47,968 nt of DNA from an uncultured Desulfobacterales bacterium (GCA_964194905.1 CAXMOD010000073.1:1-47968), one strand, 5' to 3'; positions 25,654 through 35,004 are shown, numbered from the stretch's first letter. The notes: generated from the sequence alone by a model not told the origin. Numbers and translations: made by a program.

Positions 25654-27021
25654 ATGCTCCCCCCTCAACTCTGGAACGGCGTCCTGAGGCGCCTCACGCC
25701 CGAAATCGGGACCTTCGCCATGGAGGCGTGGGTTCACCCGGTGCGTGCCGAAGCCGACGGAGACGCCCTGTGCCTCTTCTGCCCCTCGGTGTTTCACCGG
25801 GAGCGCGTGCGCCAGCGTTTGCTCGAGCGCATCGAACGCTGTGTGGGCGAAGAAGCGGGCCACCCCGTGCGCGTGAGACTCGAGGTGGGCGCGGGTTCGG
25901 CTCGCGACGCGGAGCCGCACGCGACTCCCCAAGCGGAGGCGACCCCCGCGCCGATCGCGCCGTCCGTGCGCGCAGTCCGCGAGCAACCGCCCGCCCAGCG
26001 GGCGTTGCCCTACTCGTTCGACAACTTCGTGGTCGGCGCGTGCAACGCGCTGGCTCGCCAGGCCTGCCTGGAATTGGCCGCCAACCGCCGCAGTACCCTT
26101 TCGTCGGTCTACATCAGCGGCGCGCCGGGGCTGGGCAAGACCCACCTGGCCCGATCGGTCGTCGCCGAGGCCGCTGGAGCCGCGCACGCCCTCTACGTCT
26201 CGGCTGAGACCTTCACCAGCGAATTCCAGTCCCACGTGCGCGGCGGGCGCATGGAGGCGTTCAAGCGTCGCTACCGCGGCGCAGACCTGCTGGTGGTGGA
26301 GGACGTCCAGTTCCTGCCGGGCAAGAAGGCCACCCAGCTCGAACTCTTCCACACCATCGACCACCTGCGCGACGGCGGGGCGCGCCTCGTCTTCACCGCG
26401 GACCGCCCGCCCTGGGACATTCCGGGGCTCTACCCCCGCCTGCGTTCTCGCTGGAACGGCGGCCTCGTCGCACAGCTCGAGCCGCCCGACGCCCAGGTGC
26501 GCCGGAAGATCCTGCGCACGCGAGCCGCGGCCGGAGGCGTGCGCATCCCCGGCGACTGCCTCGACCTGCTGGTGCAGCGCCTGCGCGGCAGCGTCCGCGA
26601 CCTGGAGGGCGCGCTGATCCAGCTGGTCGCCACCTCGGCACTGCTGAAGCGGCGAATCGATCTCGAGCTGACCGAGCAGGCGCTGCACAAGGTGATGCCC
26701 CGGGCCGGCGCCGGGCGCAGCATCGAGCCGCGCGACGTGGTGGAGGTGGTCGCCGCGTTCTTCCAGACCACACCCGCGGCGCTGGCCTCGCGCTCGCGCC
26801 GGCGCGACGTGCTGCTGCCGCGCCAGCTGGCCATGTACCTGGCCCACCGCTACACGGACGCCTCGCTCACCGAGATCGGGCGCGCATTCGACCGGGACCA
26901 CCCGGCCGTGAAGAACGCCGTCGGGCGCGTCGAGCGCGGCATCCTGGAGCGCGCTCCGCTGCGCTACCAGGTCGAGGCCCTGTGCGCCCGCCTGGACGAG
27001 CGCCTCGGCTCAGCTTCCTGA
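25654..27021 (+). CDS. dnaA: Chromosomal replication initiator protein DnaA
   Basis: Domain I LWNGVLRRL...EAWV, Walker A GAPGLGKTHL, Walker B LLVVEDVQFL, RLRSRWNGGL, and domain IV AMYLAHRYTDASLTEIGRAFDRDHPAVKNA. Confidence 0.9.
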   Translation: MLPPQLWNGVLRRLTPEIGTFAMEAWVHPVRAEADGDALCLFCPSVFHRERVRQRLLERIERCVGEEAGHPVRVRLEVGAGSARDAEPHATPQAEATPAPIAPSVRAVREQPPAQRALPYSFDNFVVGACNALARQACLELAANRRSTLSSVYISGAPGLGKTHLARSVVAEAAGAAHALYVSAETFTSEFQSHVRGGRMEAFKRRYRGADLLVVEDVQFLPGKKATQLELFHTIDHLRDGGARLVFTADRPPWDIPGLYPRLRSRWNGGLVAQLEPPDAQVRRKILRTRAAAGGVRIPGDCLDLLVQRLRGSVRDLEGALIQLVATSALLKRRIDLELTEQALHKVMPRAGAGRSIEPRDVVEVVAAFFQTTPAALASRSRRRDVLLPRQLAMYLAHRYTDASLTEIGRAFDRDHPAVKNAVGRVERGILERAPLRYQVEALCARLDERLGSAS

Positions 27022-28263
27022 GCCCCCCGGATTGGCCGCTTTCCGGCCGCCTTCCTCCGCCAGCCGCCAGCGCGTGGGGCCGGAGAGCTCCTGCTCCACC
27101 GGCGGCTCCAGAGAGGGCGGGTCCTTCTCGGGGTCGTCGAAGCGGCGCAGCGTGCCGTAGGTGGTGCTGCGCTCCACCGGCATCCGCCCGATCTCGCGAG
27201 TCAGACGGCGCATCTCCTCCTGCGGGAGGTTCTCACCGAAGTCCGCCCCCGACTCGCGGCTGATCGACTCCTCCATCAGCGTGCCGCCGAAGTCGTTGGC
27301 GCCGGACATGAGCCCGAGCTGCGCGACCTTGGGCCCCATCTTCACCCACGAGACCTGGATGTTCGTGATCCAGGGGCGCAGGAAGAGGCGCGCCACGGAC
27401 ACGAGCCGAAGGTCCTCGAGCATCGAGGAGCCGGGTCGCGCGTGCATGTGGTTGAACAGCACGTTCTTTTCGTGGATGAACCCGAGGGGCACGAACTCCG
27501 TGAAGCCGCCCGTCTGCTTCTGGATGTCGCGCAAGAGCCCCAGGTGCTGGGCCACGTGGCCGTGATTCTCGATGTGGCCGTACATCAGCGTGGACGTCGA
27601 GCGAAGGCCGATCGAATGCGCGGTGGTCACGATCTCCACCCAGCGGTCGCGCCCGAGCTTGCGCGGCGACACGACCTGCCGCACCTCGTCGTCCAGGATC
27701 TCGGCCGCGGTGCCGGGCATCGTCCCGAGACCCGCCTCCACCAGCCAGCGCAGGTAGTCCGCCAGCTCCATGCCGCTCTTGCGGTGGCCGAAGTCGACCT
27801 CCTCGGGGGAGAACGCGTGGATGTGCACCTTCGGGAAGGCGGCCTTCAGGGTCTCCAGGATCTCGTGGTAGTGGGTGTGGTTCTTGCCCGGGTGGATGCC
27901 GCCCTGGATGCAGAACTCGGTCGCCCCGCGGGCCACCGCATCGCGGCCCTTCTCGATCAGCACCTCCATCGGATGGTCGTAGGCGTCCGTCTCGTCCTTG
28001 TGGCGCGCGAAGCCGCAGAAGGAGCAGCCCACGTAGCAGACGTTGGTGAAGTTCATGTTCCGGCACACGACGTAGGAGACGTCGTCACCGTTGTCCTCGA
28101 AGCGTACCAGGTCCGCTGCCCGGGCCAGCGCGTGGAAGTCGGCACCCTCGGCGCGCAGCAGCCGCTCCGCGTCCGACACGTCGAGCTCGCGGCCGGACAG
28201 CGCCCGGTCCACGATGTCCGCCACCTGCGGGTCGATTCCACTCAGCAGACGCTCGATGCTCAT
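27010..28263 (-). CDS. cofH: 7,8-didemethyl-8-hydroxy-5-deazariboflavin (FO) synthase subunit CofH (radical SAM)
   Basis: CNMNFTNVCYVGCSFCGF radical-SAM cluster, then FCIQGGIHPG and GANDFGGTLMEE. The ATG overlaps the cofG stop (ATGA). Confidence 0.85.
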   Translation of the reverse strand: MSIERLLSGIDPQVADIVDRALSGRELDVSDAERLLRAEGADFHALARAADLVRFEDNGDDVSYVVCRNMNFTNVCYVGCSFCGFARHKDETDAYDHPMEVLIEKGRDAVARGATEFCIQGGIHPGKNHTHYHEILETLKAAFPKVHIHAFSPEEVDFGHRKSGMELADYLRWLVEAGLGTMPGTAAEILDDEVRQVVSPRKLGRDRWVEIVTTAHSIGLRSTSTLMYGHIENHGHVAQHLGLLRDIQKQTGGFTEFVPLGFIHEKNVLFNHMHARPGSSMLEDLRLVSVARLFLRPWITNIQVSWVKMGPKVAQLGLMSGANDFGGTLMEESISRESGADFGENLPQEEMRRLTREIGRMPVERSTTYGTLRRFDDPEKDPPSLEPPVEQELSGPTRWRLAEEGGRKAANPGGSGS

Positions 28264-29519
28264 GCTGCCGCTACTCCGCTTGTACTGGCGCTTTTACTGG
28301 CGCTCTTGCCGGCGCCCGGGGATCGTACCCAACCTTCGTGGTCCACGAGCCGCAGCGCTGCCTCGCGCACGGCAGGAGCGAAGCGTTCGGGGCGACCCAG
28401 CAGATCCTCAGGATAGACCGGAAGCCGTTCGACGAGTCGCTGGCCCGCCGCCTCGGTGCGGCGGCGCAGCTCCGGCAAGGTGGGCCAGGGCGCCTCCGGG
28501 TTGATGAAGTCGAGGGTCACCGGCGAAACGCCGCCCCAGTCGTTGAGGCCCGACCTGAGGAGCAACTCGAGCACCTCGGGCGCCAGGTTCGGCGGCGCCT
28601 GCACGTTGTGCTGCGGGCCCAGGACGAGGCGCGTCAGAGCCACCCAGCCTGCCACCAGCGCGTCATCCAGCGGCGACTCGGCGCGCATGCCGGTGCCCGG
28701 CTTGGGATGGAAGGGCTGCACGATCGTCTCCTGGATGTGGCCATGGCGCTCGTCCAGGTCGCGGATGGCGAAGAGCGTGTCCACTCGCTCCAGCTCGGTC
28801 TCGCCGATCCCGAGGAGCAGGCCCGTGGTGAACGGGATGCCGAGCTCGCCGGCCTCCTCGTGCATGCGCAGGCGCACCGCGGGCTTCTTGTCGGGCGCGT
28901 GGAAGTGCGCGCCGCCCTTCGCGCACAGACGCTCGCTCGTGGACTCGAGCATGAGGCCCAGCGAGGCATTCCACGGCCGCAGGCTCTCCATTTCCGCCAC
29001 GCTGAGGATGCCCGCGTTGGTGTGCGGGAGCATGCCGCCCTCGAAGCCGATGCGGCAGGCGTCCACCAGGTAGTGGGGCGTGCTGTTGTAGCCGCGCTGG
29101 GACAGCCAGTCGCGGTGTGAGGCGTAAGCGATCTCGGGCTTGTCGCCCAGGCAGAAGAGCGCCTCGATGCAGCCCGTGGCCACGCCCCCGCGCACTACGT
29201 CGGCCACCTCGTCCAGGCTGTAGGTATGGGCCTCGGCCGAGTCCGGCTGCTTGGCGAAGGTGCAGTAGGTGCAGCGGTCCCGGCACAGGTTCGTGAGCGG
29301 GATGAAGACGTTGCGCGAGAAGGAGACGACGTCGCCCTTGCCGCGCCGCTTGCTCTCGAGCGCGCCCTCGCGCACCGCAGCGCGCACGCCGGCGTCGTGC
29401 AGGTGCAGGGCCAGGCGCTCCGCCGGCGGGCGGGCGAGTGCGCCCGAGTCGACCGCCTCGGCGACCAGGCGTTCGGCCTCGGCACGGGCGAGCGGTGCTC
29501 CGGATGCGGGAGCAGTCAC
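28260..29519 (-). CDS. cofG: FO synthase subunit CofG (radical SAM)
   Basis: VFIPLTNLCRDRCTYCTF cluster, then HTNAGIL, TTGLLLGIGE and QPFHPKPGT. GTG 29519 overlaps the sulfite reductase stop (GTGA). Confidence 0.85.
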   Translation of the reverse strand: MTAPASGAPLARAEAERLVAEAVDSGALARPPAERLALHLHDAGVRAAVREGALESKRRGKGDVVSFSRNVFIPLTNLCRDRCTYCTFAKQPDSAEAHTYSLDEVADVVRGGVATGCIEALFCLGDKPEIAYASHRDWLSQRGYNSTPHYLVDACRIGFEGGMLPHTNAGILSVAEMESLRPWNASLGLMLESTSERLCAKGGAHFHAPDKKPAVRLRMHEEAGELGIPFTTGLLLGIGETELERVDTLFAIRDLDERHGHIQETIVQPFHPKPGTGMRAESPLDDALVAGWVALTRLVLGPQHNVQAPPNLAPEVLELLLRSGLNDWGGVSPVTLDFINPEAPWPTLPELRRRTEAAGQRLVERLPVYPEDLLGRPERFAPAVREAALRLVDHEGWVRSPGAGKSASKSASTSGVAAA

Positions 29520-31249
29520 CCCGAATCCTCCAGTCCCACCCAGGCACGCAGCTGGGCCGGGTCGGTCTGGTGCAGGAAGTCGCCGACCGGGAGGCCGGCG
29601 CTGTTGTGCTCCTTCACGGCCTGGAAGAGTCCGACGAGAGCGGGAATCATCTGTTCCTCGGGAAGGCGCCCGTAGAGAGTATGGGCAATGCGGGTGCCCT
29701 GGCGCGAGCCCCCCACCAGGATCACGTGGTCGTTCTTGCCGTAGCCGTAGATACCCACCTCGGCGCTCGGCGGACGGACGCAGTTGTTGGGGCATCCGGT
29801 CATGCGGATGACCGCATCCACGTCGCCGCAGCCCGCTGCCTCGATGGCGTCGAGGTAGATCGGCAGGATGTTCTCCGCGTCGGTCATCGCGAGCCCGCAG
29901 GTGGGCAAGGCCGGGCAGGCCATCGCGTTGCGGCGGGCTATCGAGACCTGCGCCGGATCCGTCACGCCCTCTTCGGCGAGCAGCGCCTCCAGCGCCGCAC
30001 GATCGCGAACGCCGCACAGGATCAGGTCCTGCTGACCCGTCAGGCGCACACCGCAGCCCAGCTCGGTCACCGCGCGGCGCACGGCGCGACGCAGGTCCGG
30101 TTTGACGCGGCCGTTCTCCACGGAAATCCCGTAGTAGCCGCCGCCCCCGCGCTGCTCGTGCCAGCCCAGGTGGAGGTTCATCGGGGGGACCGTCACCGGC
30201 TCGGCGTCGGCCAGATCCACGCCGAAGGTGCCGCGCAGCTCCTTGCGCACCCGCTCGAGACCGAGGCGGCGGATCGTGTACTTCCAGCGCGCCAGCTTGC
30301 GGTCCCTGCGCTCGCCGTGATCGCGCTGCAGCACGGCGATGCCGCGCACCGCGTCCACCACCTGGTTGCGTCGCACCCGGCCCAGGTACTCGCCGAGGAG
30401 CGCCGCCGTGTGGGGGTTGTTGTGGGTGAGGCCCATGCCGCCGCCCGAGTAGAAGTCCCACTCGGCGCCGTCCGGCGTCACCGGGATCAGACCCACGTCG
30501 TTGGTGAGGACGTCCACGGAGTTGTCGCGGGGGTGGGCGATCCCCACCTTGAACTTGCGCGGCAGGTAGTTGGGCCCGTACACGGGCTCTTCCGGCGTCA
30601 GGTTCTTCGCGCCGTCCTCGGTCGACAGGAAGATCTGGAGGTAGGCGCCTGTGCGGGGCGCCAGCTCGTCCGCGATCTCCCGGGCCAGCGCGCTTCCGCC
30701 CGGGTCCGCGTCGGGGTCCAGCCCGTCGATCGGCGAGCACATGACGTTGCGGTTCACGTCGCCGCAGGCCGCCAGGGTGCCGCCCGTCAGGTACGCCTGG
30801 TTCAGGTGCTTGACCAGGGCTCGCAGGTCGCGCCCCCTCACATGGTGGTACTGGATGGACTGGCGTGAGGTGATGCGCAGGGTGCCGTCGGCGAAGCGCT
30901 CCGAGGTGTCGTCGAGAGCGCACCACTGCTCCGGGGAGAGCACACCTCCCCCGGGGTTCTTGATGCGGATCATGAAGACCAGGTCGCCGGTCAGGCGGCC
31001 GCGCTCACCGCGGATCTGCTGCTTGTAGATCCCGAAGAACTTGGAGAGCTCCTTCGCGACCTTGCCGATGGTCTCGGTCTCGCCCGCCTCCATCGCGCCG
31101 AGCTCGTCGGCGAAGGTGTGGGGCTGCTTGGGGTCGAGGACGTGGAAGAGCCCCTCGCTGGCCAGCTTGATCTTCTCGTTCTTGCTCATCCCCTCGACCG
31201 AGGCGTTGCCGAGGGTCACGGGAGCCTTGGGGGAGGGTTCCCAGGCCAT
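29516..31249 (-). CDS. cysI: Assimilatory sulfite reductase hemoprotein (siroheme/4Fe-4S), CysI-type
   Basis: YLPRKFK, RRDRKLARWKYT, and the siroheme/cluster cysteines ACPALPTCGLA and TGCPNNCVRP. The layout is colinear with E. coli CysI. AAGGAG lies 7 nt upstream of ATG 31249. Confidence 0.85.
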   Translation of the reverse strand: MAWEPSPKAPVTLGNASVEGMSKNEKIKLASEGLFHVLDPKQPHTFADELGAMEAGETETIGKVAKELSKFFGIYKQQIRGERGRLTGDLVFMIRIKNPGGGVLSPEQWCALDDTSERFADGTLRITSRQSIQYHHVRGRDLRALVKHLNQAYLTGGTLAACGDVNRNVMCSPIDGLDPDADPGGSALAREIADELAPRTGAYLQIFLSTEDGAKNLTPEEPVYGPNYLPRKFKVGIAHPRDNSVDVLTNDVGLIPVTPDGAEWDFYSGGGMGLTHNNPHTAALLGEYLGRVRRNQVVDAVRGIAVLQRDHGERRDRKLARWKYTIRRLGLERVRKELRGTFGVDLADAEPVTVPPMNLHLGWHEQRGGGGYYGISVENGRVKPDLRRAVRRAVTELGCGVRLTGQQDLILCGVRDRAALEALLAEEGVTDPAQVSIARRNAMACPALPTCGLAMTDAENILPIYLDAIEAAGCGDVDAVIRMTGCPNNCVRPPSAEVGIYGYGKNDHVILVGGSRQGTRIAHTLYGRLPEEQMIPALVGLFQAVKEHNSAGLPVGDFLHQTDPAQLRAWVGLEDSG

Positions 31250-31301
31250 TTCCACTCCTTGGGACGAGGCGCGGGCCGCTGGCGCCGAGGGAGGCCGGAT
31301 T

Positions 31302-32252
31302 CTAGCGGCTTTTCGAGGGCTTGTAGACATTGACGCCCCTCTCGGGGGCCGTCCGCCAGCGCCGGTGGACCCACGACCAGTGGTCTGGTGCGCGCCGGAT
31401 GGCCTCCTCGATGGCACGCGTCATACGCTGAACGTTTTCGATGACCGCGGCGTCGAGATCGTTACCCGCCTCCTCCGCGCTGACGAAGGGGACGGCAGGC
31501 CCGAAGCGGGCCACCCGGCCGCTGCCATCCGGGCGCCGGAAGAGGAAGCCCGGCACCACCGGCGCGCCGGTGCGCATCGCGAGGCGGGCCGGGCCGTCGC
31601 GGGTGCAGGCCGGGCGCCCGAAGAAGTCCACGAAGACGCCCTCGCCCCGGGGCGTGTCCTGGTCGAGAGGCATCCCGATGATGCGCCCCTGGCGCAGGGC
31701 CCGCAGCACCGCGCGGGCCGCCGAGCCGCGCCGCAGCGCCTCGACGCCCGCCCCGCCGCGCCACTCCTCGAGTACGCGCTGGAACCCGGGAAAGCTCTGC
31801 TCGCGGTGCACCACGGAGACGGGGATGCCGCGCGCCGCGCACGCCGCGGAGAAGAGCTCGAAGGACCCGAAGTGCGCGGTGAGCAGGATGGCGCCGCCCT
31901 CGGGCGTGGCGCGCTGGGCCGCCTCGATGTGCTCGAAGCCCTCGAACGCGACCAGCGCTTCGGACGAGTCGAGGTCGAGCCGCGCGATCTCGGCCGCATC
32001 CACCAGGTGCTCGGCCAGATGGGCGAACGACTCGACGAGGATCGCGTGGCGCTCCTCGGCGCTCTTCTCCGGGAAGGCGATCTGCAGGTTGGTGGCGGCC
32101 ACGCCCGTCCGCGGTCCGCCGAGCCGCGCCCAGGTACGCCCGAAGGAGCGGCAGCCGGCCAGCGCAACGCGGCGCGGCAGCGCTCGCACCGCGGCCAGCA
32201 GCAAGCGCAGCGCGTGATAGAGGATGGTATCCAGGAAGGAGCGGGCGGACAC
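31302..32252 (-). CDS. Lysophospholipid/lipid A biosynthesis acyltransferase (LpxL/HtrB family)
   Basis: The LTAHFGSFE (HX4D/E-like) motif and overall family pattern, with C-terminal DHWSWVHRRW. GTG start lies 7 nt after the folB stop. Confidence 0.7.
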   Translation of the reverse strand: MSARSFLDTILYHALRLLLAAVRALPRRVALAGCRSFGRTWARLGGPRTGVAATNLQIAFPEKSAEERHAILVESFAHLAEHLVDAAEIARLDLDSSEALVAFEGFEHIEAAQRATPEGGAILLTAHFGSFELFSAACAARGIPVSVVHREQSFPGFQRVLEEWRGGAGVEALRRGSAARAVLRALRQGRIIGMPLDQDTPRGEGVFVDFFGRPACTRDGPARLAMRTGAPVVPGFLFRRPDGSGRVARFGPAVPFVSAEEAGNDLDAAVIENVQRMTRAIEEAIRRAPDHWSWVHRRWRTAPERGVNVYKPSKSR

Positions 32253-32259
32253 GCGGGGA

Positions 32260-32634
32260 CTAGAGGTCCTCGCGGGTGCGCGTGATACGGATGCCCGCGT
32301 ACTCGAGCACGCCGCTGATCGGCTTGGGCTTGCGGACGGTCACCGTCACCCGCTCCACGTCGAACTTGCCGAGCACCGCCGCGGCGATGCGCGCGCCCAG
32401 CGCCTCCACCAGCTTGTGCTCCTGGTTCGAAGCCACGTCCTCCACGATCTCGTAGATGCGCTTGTAGTGGATGGTGGAGCGGATGTGGTCCGTGCGGCCC
32501 GCCGGGCGCAGGTCACAACCCACCTCGAGGTCGAGGGTCACGGGCCGACGCATGCGCCGCTCTGCGGCGGTCACTCCCAGCGCCGCCGGCACCTGGATCC
32601 CCTCCAGGAGGATGACGTCTTCGCCGTTGGCCAT
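32260..32634 (-). CDS. folB: Dihydroneopterin aldolase
   Basis: 124 aa. GVTAAERRMRRPVTLDLEV...TIHYKRIYEIV...LVEALGARIA is typical of FolB. Confidence 0.8.
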   Translation of the reverse strand: MANGEDVILLEGIQVPAALGVTAAERRMRRPVTLDLEVGCDLRPAGRTDHIRSTIHYKRIYEIVEDVASNQEHKLVEALGARIAAAVLGKFDVERVTVTVRKPKPISGVLEYAGIRITRTREDL

Positions 32635-32645
32635 GGTCGACGTCC

Positions 32646-33650
32646 TCAGCCACCGATCTGGGACATCGTGCGCCCGGGCTTCACGAACATCCCATCGGTG
32701 ATGTGGTGCTTCTTCTCCTTGGTGGCCACGGCGCCGTGCAACAGCGCCACCAGCTCGGCGTCATCGGCTCCCGCGCGCAGCGCGCCCAGCAGGTTGTGCT
32801 CGCGCAGCGAGAAGAGACACGTTCGGATCTTGCCGTCCGCGGTGAGGCGGATGCGGTTGCAGTCGGCGCAGAAGGGCTGCGTCACCGAGTCGATGAAACC
32901 CACTAGGCCCGGCGCCCCGTCGCTGAAGATCCAGTCCCGGCTCGGCGCGTGGGGGTCCTGGTCGGGGTGGGGCTCGATGGGGAAGACCCCGCCGATGCGC
33001 TCGCGCAGCTCGGCGCCGGGCACCATCACGTCGGTGCCCCAGTTGCTGCCGTGCTCGAGCGGCATGAACTCGATGAAGCGCACCTCGAAGCCGCGCTCCC
33101 GGGCGAAGCGGGCGAAGTCCACGGCCTCGTGATCGTTGCGATCGCGAATGACCACGCAGTTGATGCTCATGGGGCGGAGCCCCGCGGCGTCGGCGGCGTC
33201 GATCCCGGCCATCACCTGGGAGTGGGCGTCGCGCCTGGTGAGCGAGCGGAAGTTCTCGGGGTCGAGCGAGTCGAGGCTGATGTTGACGCGCTGGAGACCC
33301 GCCTTGCTGAGGGGCTCGGCCAGGCGCGTGAGCTGGGTGGCGTTGGTGGTGAGGGCCAGGTCCACGAGGTCCGGGATGGGCGCCAGGCGCCCCACCAGGC
33401 CGGGCAGATCCTTGCGCAGCAGGGGCTCGCCGCCGGTGAGGCGCAGCTTGCGGATCCCGCTCGCCACCGCGAGCCGCGCCACCCGCTCGATCTCCTCGAA
33501 GCTCATCAGCTCCTTGCGCGGCAGCCACTCCACATCCTCGGGCATGCAGTAGAAGCAGCGCAGATCGCAGCGGTCCGTCACCGAGATGCGCAGGCTCTCG
33601 ATCCGCCGCTGGTAGCGGTCGCTGAGGGGTCGGAGGGGCTCGGCGGACAT
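32646..33650 (-). CDS. moaA: GTP 3',8-cyclase (molybdenum cofactor biosynthesis, radical SAM)
   Basis: LRISVTDRCDLRCFYCMP cluster, LTGGEPLLR, the C-terminal cluster CADCNRIRLTADGKIRTCLF, and a GG C-terminus. Confidence 0.9.
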   Translation of the reverse strand: MSAEPLRPLSDRYQRRIESLRISVTDRCDLRCFYCMPEDVEWLPRKELMSFEEIERVARLAVASGIRKLRLTGGEPLLRKDLPGLVGRLAPIPDLVDLALTTNATQLTRLAEPLSKAGLQRVNISLDSLDPENFRSLTRRDAHSQVMAGIDAADAAGLRPMSINCVVIRDRNDHEAVDFARFARERGFEVRFIEFMPLEHGSNWGTDVMVPGAELRERIGGVFPIEPHPDQDPHAPSRDWIFSDGAPGLVGFIDSVTQPFCADCNRIRLTADGKIRTCLFSLREHNLLGALRAGADDAELVALLHGAVATKEKKHHITDGMFVKPGRTMSQIGG

Positions 33651-33697
33651 GGGCCCGAGAGACTAGCAAGCGCGGGAGGTTGCTACCCTCCGGCGCC

Positions 33698-34894
33698 ATG
33701 GCCGACCACCCCACCCTGGAGGAGATCCGCGCCCGCGAGGCGGCCCACTTCCTGCCCGTCGTGAACCGGCTACCGGTGGCGCTGGTGGAGGGCCGCGGCT
33801 CGCGCGTGCGCGACGTGGCCGGCAAGGAGTACGTGGACCTCACCGGCGGCTGGGGCGTCACGGCCATCGGCCACTGCCATCCGGCGCTCAGCCGGGCCAT
33901 CGCCGACCAGGCCGGCCGGCTGATGCAGACCACCAACCTCTTCTACACGCTGCCGCAGCTCGACCTGATCGAGACCCTGGCGGCCAGGACCCCCGAGGGC
34001 CTGACGCGGAGCTTCCTGGTCTCGAGCGGCGCCGAGGCCGTGGACGGCGCGCTCAAGCTCGCGCACCGGTCCACCGGCCGGCGCCAGTTCGTAGCGACCC
34101 ACGGGAGCTTCCACGGCCGCACCCTGGGCGGGCTCTCGGTGATCGGCCAGGCCAAGCACCGCGAGCGCTACGCGCCGCTGCTCCAGGAGCAGGAGTTCGT
34201 CGCGTTCGGCGACCTCGCCGCCGCCGAGGCCGTGGTGGGCGAGCAGACCGCGGCGGTGATCGTGGAGCCGATTCAGGGCGAGGGCGGCGTCCAGGTGCCG
34301 CCCGCCGACTACCTTCCCGGCCTGCGCGCGCTGTGCGACCGCAGCGGTGCGCTGCTGGTCGCCGACGAGATCCAGACCGGCGTCGGACGCACCGGACGCT
34401 GGGTGGCGGTGCAGCACGACGACGTCACACCCGACATCCTGACCCTGGGCAAGGGCCTCGGGGGAGGCTTTCCCATTGCCGCCTTCCTGTGCACGGAGGC
34501 CGTGGCCAAGTCGGTGCAGCCCGGCGACCACGGCGGGACCTACGCCGGCAACCCGCTGGCCTCCGCCGCGGCGAACGCCGTGCTGCGCGTCATCGACGAA
34601 GAGGGTCTGGTCGAACGCGCCTCGTCTCTGGGCGCTGAGTTGCGCGGGCGCCTCGACGCCTTCGCCGCCGAACATGCGGAGCACGCCGAAGGCGCGCGGG
34701 GCCGCGGCCTGCTCCAGGGCCTGGTGCTGCGCGACGCCGAGCGCGTGGCGACGATCCCGACGCGCGCCATCGAGCAGGGCGTGCTGGTGAACGTCACCGC
34801 GGGCAACGTGATGCGTTTCTTCCCCGCCCTCAACATCCCGGAAGAGGATCTCTGGCCCGCGCTCGACCGCGTGCTCCGGCTGGTCCTCCCGTAG
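33698..34894 (+). CDS. argD: Class III PLP aminotransferase (acetylornithine aminotransferase-like)
   Basis: GSFHGRT, EPIQGEGG, LLVADEIQTGVGRTG and the PLP-Lys motif DILTLGKGLGGGFP. I prefer ATG 33698 over the track's TTG at 33680. Confidence 0.75.
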   Translation: MADHPTLEEIRAREAAHFLPVVNRLPVALVEGRGSRVRDVAGKEYVDLTGGWGVTAIGHCHPALSRAIADQAGRLMQTTNLFYTLPQLDLIETLAARTPEGLTRSFLVSSGAEAVDGALKLAHRSTGRRQFVATHGSFHGRTLGGLSVIGQAKHRERYAPLLQEQEFVAFGDLAAAEAVVGEQTAAVIVEPIQGEGGVQVPPADYLPGLRALCDRSGALLVADEIQTGVGRTGRWVAVQHDDVTPDILTLGKGLGGGFPIAAFLCTEAVAKSVQPGDHGGTYAGNPLASAAANAVLRVIDEEGLVERASSLGAELRGRLDAFAAEHAEHAEGARGRGLLQGLVLRDAERVATIPTRAIEQGVLVNVTAGNVMRFFPALNIPEEDLWPALDRVLRLVLP

Positions 34895-34903
34895 CCGTCG
34901 CTG

Positions 34904-34922
34904 GCGGGACACGCCGTCCCGC
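34904..34922 (+). terminator. Short GC hairpin after the aminotransferase gene (weak terminator candidate)
   Basis: GCGGGAC-acgcc-GTCCCGC starts 10 nt after the stop. There is no U-tract. Confidence 0.3.
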
Positions 34923-35004
34923 ACCCCGCGCCTCGTCGCCCCTAAACGGGTGTACCATGCGTAGCGTCGCGAATCGCAGGATCGGAGAGCGGGAGGGTTG
35001 TGCC

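Noticed and set aside
29516-31417. Longer 633-aa version of the sulfite reductase ORF starting at 31417
   Set aside because: The extra 56 aa are Pro/Arg/Gly/Ala-rich and overlap the LpxL-like gene's 3' end. ATG 31249 has an AAGGAG SD at ideal spacing and gives a CysI-length protein.
33664-33685. TAGCAA-N10-TTGCTA inverted repeat between moaA and the aminotransferase gene
   Set aside because: A 6-bp inverted repeat with a free spacer in a 47-bp region is near chance expectation. It does not resemble ARG boxes or a Moco riboswitch, and the spacer is too short to hold one.
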